From Psilocybe cubensis (lineage: Eukaryota): a stretch of 64,000 nt of DNA. Of the stretch, positions 59,567-64,000 are shown in pieces (the stretch's first letter is position 1; every line of letters begins with the position of its first letter). The notes under the pieces were generated by a model. It saw only the letters and a program-made list of their open reading frames with translations, ran no database searches and was not told where the DNA came from. Position numbers and translations under genes: made by a program. The stretch lies in contig CM038999.1 of assembly GCA_017499595.2 (NCBI GenBank), forward strand, positions 3,038,001 through 3,102,000. Reading direction: 5' to 3'.

Positions 59567-61638
59567 TCAAGAGTCGAACTGTGTATTGAGTTTTGGCTAT
59601 AACAAAGGATCAAAAGTTAAGCAAGGTAAACGATTTGATTAATCAAGACATTAAAGGCATACCAATTTAGGCCGTGTTGCTTGGGCTGTGTACACAGGTG
59701 CTGTCACCAATGGGTGAAGCTGTTGATGGTCTTCCCGCCTGTGGGGTGGCAATGGCATGCGCCTAACTGTTCTGTTTCCCGTTAAACTGGTCGACCGCGA
59801 TATAGATAGCAAGGGTAAGGTTGTCGGAACATTGGCAATGCTCGTGTGTTTAGGTCCAGGTGAAATCATATCCTTCTGAACTTGCGTCTGATTGTGGACC
59901 CTCATTCCAGGTTTCTTGTCATGGATGGTGTGAGTCTGACCTGGCCACGGGTTGGCGTTCGACGATGCATTATCATGGATTTCGAACTGCGTTTCCTTTT
60001 CTTTGCCTTTATTTTTCACTGAAGAGATGGGAATTAGAATTGGTTCACAAAGCAAGTAAACTAAAATAAACTTGCGATTAGAAGGAGGTGCGATCAAGGT
60101 GGGAGGTGGTGGTAATGGTCTCGGAGACATCACATTTGATGGACTCAAAGAATATTCTTGCACAGGAATTTTGGCTCCATTGTCTTTGCTAAAGTTCTGT
60201 GAACTATGATTTTCTCCTGCAGCTGAGAAGTTTTTATGAAATTCTTCTACAACTTCTTTGGGTCTGAATAGGTCGAAAGAACGAATAATCATTGTGTGCG
60301 ACTATATTGGAGAAAGGCCGTTAGGACGAAATAATGATCCACTAAAATCCATCAATACAGTACATACCTCATCCTGGGAACCTCGCACTGATCCCAACAT
60401 ATCGGTGAAAGATGAGAGAAGATCCTTCATGAACTGCGACCTGTTCACCTCCATCTTCCGACAAGAACTAAGCAATGCCTCCCATTCTCTTCCGTGGCCT
60501 CGTAGCTCCTGAACAGGTTGGCTTTCAGGCTTTGGGCTAAAGTCGGAAACAGTGACCAAACGGAATGGAGATTGGATGCTGTTTTTCATCGACTGGAGCC
60601 TGGTCAGATCCAAGGAATGACGGACGTTCCTGTACTGCCTTTTCCATTCTGCAGAAATTCCTGTCTGAGGTTTGCGCCCCTGAAGCAACATTTCCTCCAG
60701 TTTTTTCACGCCTGGTTCATACACCTCGCGCCAATGTAAGATCTGGTCGAATCGGAGATTTAGACATCGAGCTTCTAGTTCCAGTGCAATTTGCATGGCC
60801 AATGTGTGGTGGTTCATCGCCTGTCTTGCAGCCTCCACCCTAAAACCATCAATAGCATCGCGAAATTCTCTGTACACATGCATTTAGTCACTTTGAATAG
60901 CTGTTTGATAAAGCACTCCAACATATATACTTACGACGGTTCCTTTTCACCCATAGTCCGTTCAGCCAGTGTGGCTAATCGCGAAGCATAATCGTGCTCA
61001 ATGGCGCCTCTGGACGTGGAAATTTTATATTAATACTGCGGTATAATGCATATAGTATTTTACGACCTTTTGATCCAGAAATGCGCAAGTTGATCTGTGG
61101 TTTCTAATGCACCCTTCATGTAAGCAGACAGAGCTTGTAACTGAGGAAACTCTATTTTCCCCACATCCGATAATTGAGATACCAAGGGTTGTTGGGTATG
61201 ATGAAAAGATCCAGGAAGTTGAGATAACAGGGCAGTCGGTTCTCGCACAGATGAAGATGATTCTGAGTTCCAACCCACGAGAGAATCATCTATCAAGAAC
61301 TGCTCCCAAACAACGGGGATCCCGGGGGTGTATGTTTCTAGCTTTCCATGCGCATACGATAAAGTTGCGAATCGCTCTGGGCCAGTAGTGTATTCGTTGA
61401 ATCGAGCAGCGAATTCTGAGTAGCCAGCGGGAATGGATGTGGTGTGTTTGCCTTCTCGGATTCTCCCATCCATCTCAACGATGGCCCTGATCTGGCCGAC
61501 ATCAAACGAAAGGACATCCACAGGTCTCTTTGGATCCAACAACTCGTAAATCCGCAAAGATCTCCTTCGAAGGCATCTATGCTTGATTCCAGGGACCATG
61601 TTTGAAGATTCTTCGGAGTCGAGCTGCAAAGCAGTCAT
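59567..61638 (-). CDS. Hypothetical agaricomycete-type protein (multi-exon; 3' end uncertain)
   Basis: ORFs 61060-61680, 60302-60883 and 59651-60292 are separated by intron-like gaps. Motif FDVGQIRAIVEMDGRIREG..PAGYSEFAARFNE. An AT-rich TATA-like element lies at ~61741-61750. Confidence 0.7.
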
Positions 61639-64000
61639 AGGTCGGCCAGGACACTCGATACGGAATCTGAAGCAGAACAAAGGCTCAGCCTTGAAAGAGA
61701 AGAATAAAAGATGATTCGCGAGTGAGCAAGTTCAAGAGCCTTTTATTTATCAACACCGCCTCGGGGAATTACATACCGTTAAAGAAATCCGTTCGTGACT
61801 TCACTGAACCCCTTGAAACCCAGAAGGAGAACACTGATTCGGTGGTACATCATAGTTGAGTCCTGAATAGTCATTCGAGAAATGCAACAAACATGGTACC
61901 AGGTGAATTGGTGAAAGGCATTTCTGCGCAGCATATTTGATTGCACAGCGTTGATTTCCGAGTCGGAGGGAGCCAACACTGCCAATACAGTCCACCATTC
62001 TTGCACCGTTCTGAACTTGACGGAAACTACGCCGGGCACGGCCAAACCGTCACAGTAGCTTGGTCATCACATGATCAGACATTCTATTTTTAGCTATATC
62101 ATTAAGGGACTTAGTAAATGCGGCGTTGCAGCTTGCATCAAACACAAATCAAACAAGTTTGGGCCAAAATACGTCTGACCGCCTTTATTCGAGGCGTCAG
62201 TATAGAATGCATGCCAAAGCGGCTAATTCTGTAACTGGGGTGTATGGGGCAATCAATGCATAAGTATTTCTCATTCAACTTTCAGATTGTGGCTGCATCC
62301 TGAGGATGAATCAGATGAAGTTGGAGTCTGATATCCGTTTCGATCGCCATTTTGAACGTCGTATCATTCAAAAATCAAGCAGAACTGACAAATAAAAAAT
62401 ATCAGCCAGGGCTATGATTACTCGTATATTTTGTCGACCATACTATTTAGGTCACGTTCGAGTGCAACAACTACTATTGCTTTCAAATACTTAGGTTGGC
62501 TCTAGTTAGTAGTTTCCGCTGAAGTTGACTTGCGTAAAATATCCAGATCTTCAATTTTTAATCTATGGCACAAAAGCCAGAGCTTTAATTAGAGTAACAC
62601 CAGTACCGTCGGACAGACGGCTCGTGTCAACCATCATCACCAAGTCAGACACTTCCCTCATGATAAGTTCTAACGTCAAAAATTCCGAGTCAGCAGCACA
62701 GAGTGGTCCGGTTTATTGATGACTTGAAGAGACATTTATATTGGAATCAGTTAACCTGCTACCCACGCATAGAGTTGATAGTTCACTTGACAAAGCTTAT
62801 TTCAATCTATTTCAATCAAACTCTTGAAGGTTGATATCATTTCTTGTGCTCAGCCTCCGTGTTGAGCATTCCCCTCTTTGTGGTCGAGAATCTTTTGTCA
62901 GGTTTATCGGATCAAGCTCACTGTCCTTTCTCAGCAAACATACAATCTTGATAGACCATTGCTTAAATACACCTACATACCCGATACTCTTTCTCTTGTT
63001 GCAAGCTGGGAGCTTGGGGGAAGCAGCGATCATTATCTAGAAAAGACAGTTTCAAGCGACATGGATTGATATCTCCTATAGTTCAAACGAGATATGGATT
63101 CCTCCTGAACGCGTTTTAACGGTCTAAAAATTTAACCCCCCACAACATAGCGGGCGCTTAGTACTTCTCGACTTGTCATCGACGGGCCGGTCATCCCCAG
63201 TCCATATAGTACTAGACTCTGATCTCCGATTCACAGCACATAACAGAATAACAATACTGTGCATTGCCACCATTACAATGTTTGACTATTTCAGGTGCGG
63301 CCGTCATGGAAAAATTATTATCTATCAAACTTTCAAGTTTGTTGTTTGCTCGAACTTGCCCTGTGTTACAGTGACTACAGAGCGCGGTTCCATCACATTT
63401 GTCAATCCAATAACCTATCCGTTACTAAATAAGCCTGAGGGCCGTACGTTCAGTAGGGTATGGGCGCTGCCAAAAATGACCGTCTGGCGCGAGCAGGGCA
63501 GAGCATCCAAGAATTATCTCTCTTGATTGTGGGTGTCATCAATCATAGCTAATTATAGTCGAGGTTAGGCATCTGTAAACTTTGGCCTTGGAAAGTACAA
63601 CAATGCGGTTAGGCCAGTCTATAACAGTGAACATGAACCAACAACGTAAGCCAGTATGGAGCTATTGGAGTCCCACAATTACCAGGGTACCCATCAATTA
63701 TGAAAATGTATGGTGTGGTGTATGTTGTGTACTAGCGCAGACGCCATTTCAAGTACACGCATGCCTGTGTGTTCAATGTGTTCTATTATCTGTATCTTGA
63801 TGTTAAGTTGCTAGTATAGTGTTTTTCCGGGATAGTGGTGGCAAGGTCGACAAAAATGCCATGACGAGCACAGATTTAGCACTTAGCAGACTGAGTTGGG
63901 TACAAGAGATTGCGGCACAGTACAAGCATAAAAATAGAAGGTTGAGAATGTCCAAAAGAAAGTGAGGATTAAACCAAATGTACTAAAACCACCTCTGAAG

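Noticed and set aside
62000-64000. Short ORFs at the window end
   Set aside because: No recognisable domains or consistent exon structure.

Overview
Eukaryotic fungal genomic DNA. Short (~50-60 nt) GT-AG introns and the gene families present point to a mushroom-forming basidiomycete (Agaricomycetes). About 20 intron-containing genes can be reconstructed by eye. Housekeeping-type genes: a mitochondrial Mdl-type ABC half-transporter, a Yju3-like monoacylglycerol lipase, clathrin light chain, Gep4, Uso1/p115, an RluA-family pseudouridine synthase and Cwc15. Accessory-type genes: a large TPR-CHAT caspase-like protease, a divergent Ime2/MAK-like kinase, a GH28 polygalacturonase, a BTB protein, a cytochrome P450, a MOSC-less MoCo-sulfurase-like PLP enzyme and several hypothetical proteins. 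The most striking observation is a head-to-head pair of a SUR7/PalI-family gene and a 7-TM PalH/Rim21/Rra1-type pH-sensor gene. Their start codons are only 123 bp apart, and they sit in a GC-rich block with a third receptor-like membrane protein. No rRNA, tRNA, CRISPR or intact mobile element was recognised. Gene boundaries and splice sites were read manually and have no transcript support.
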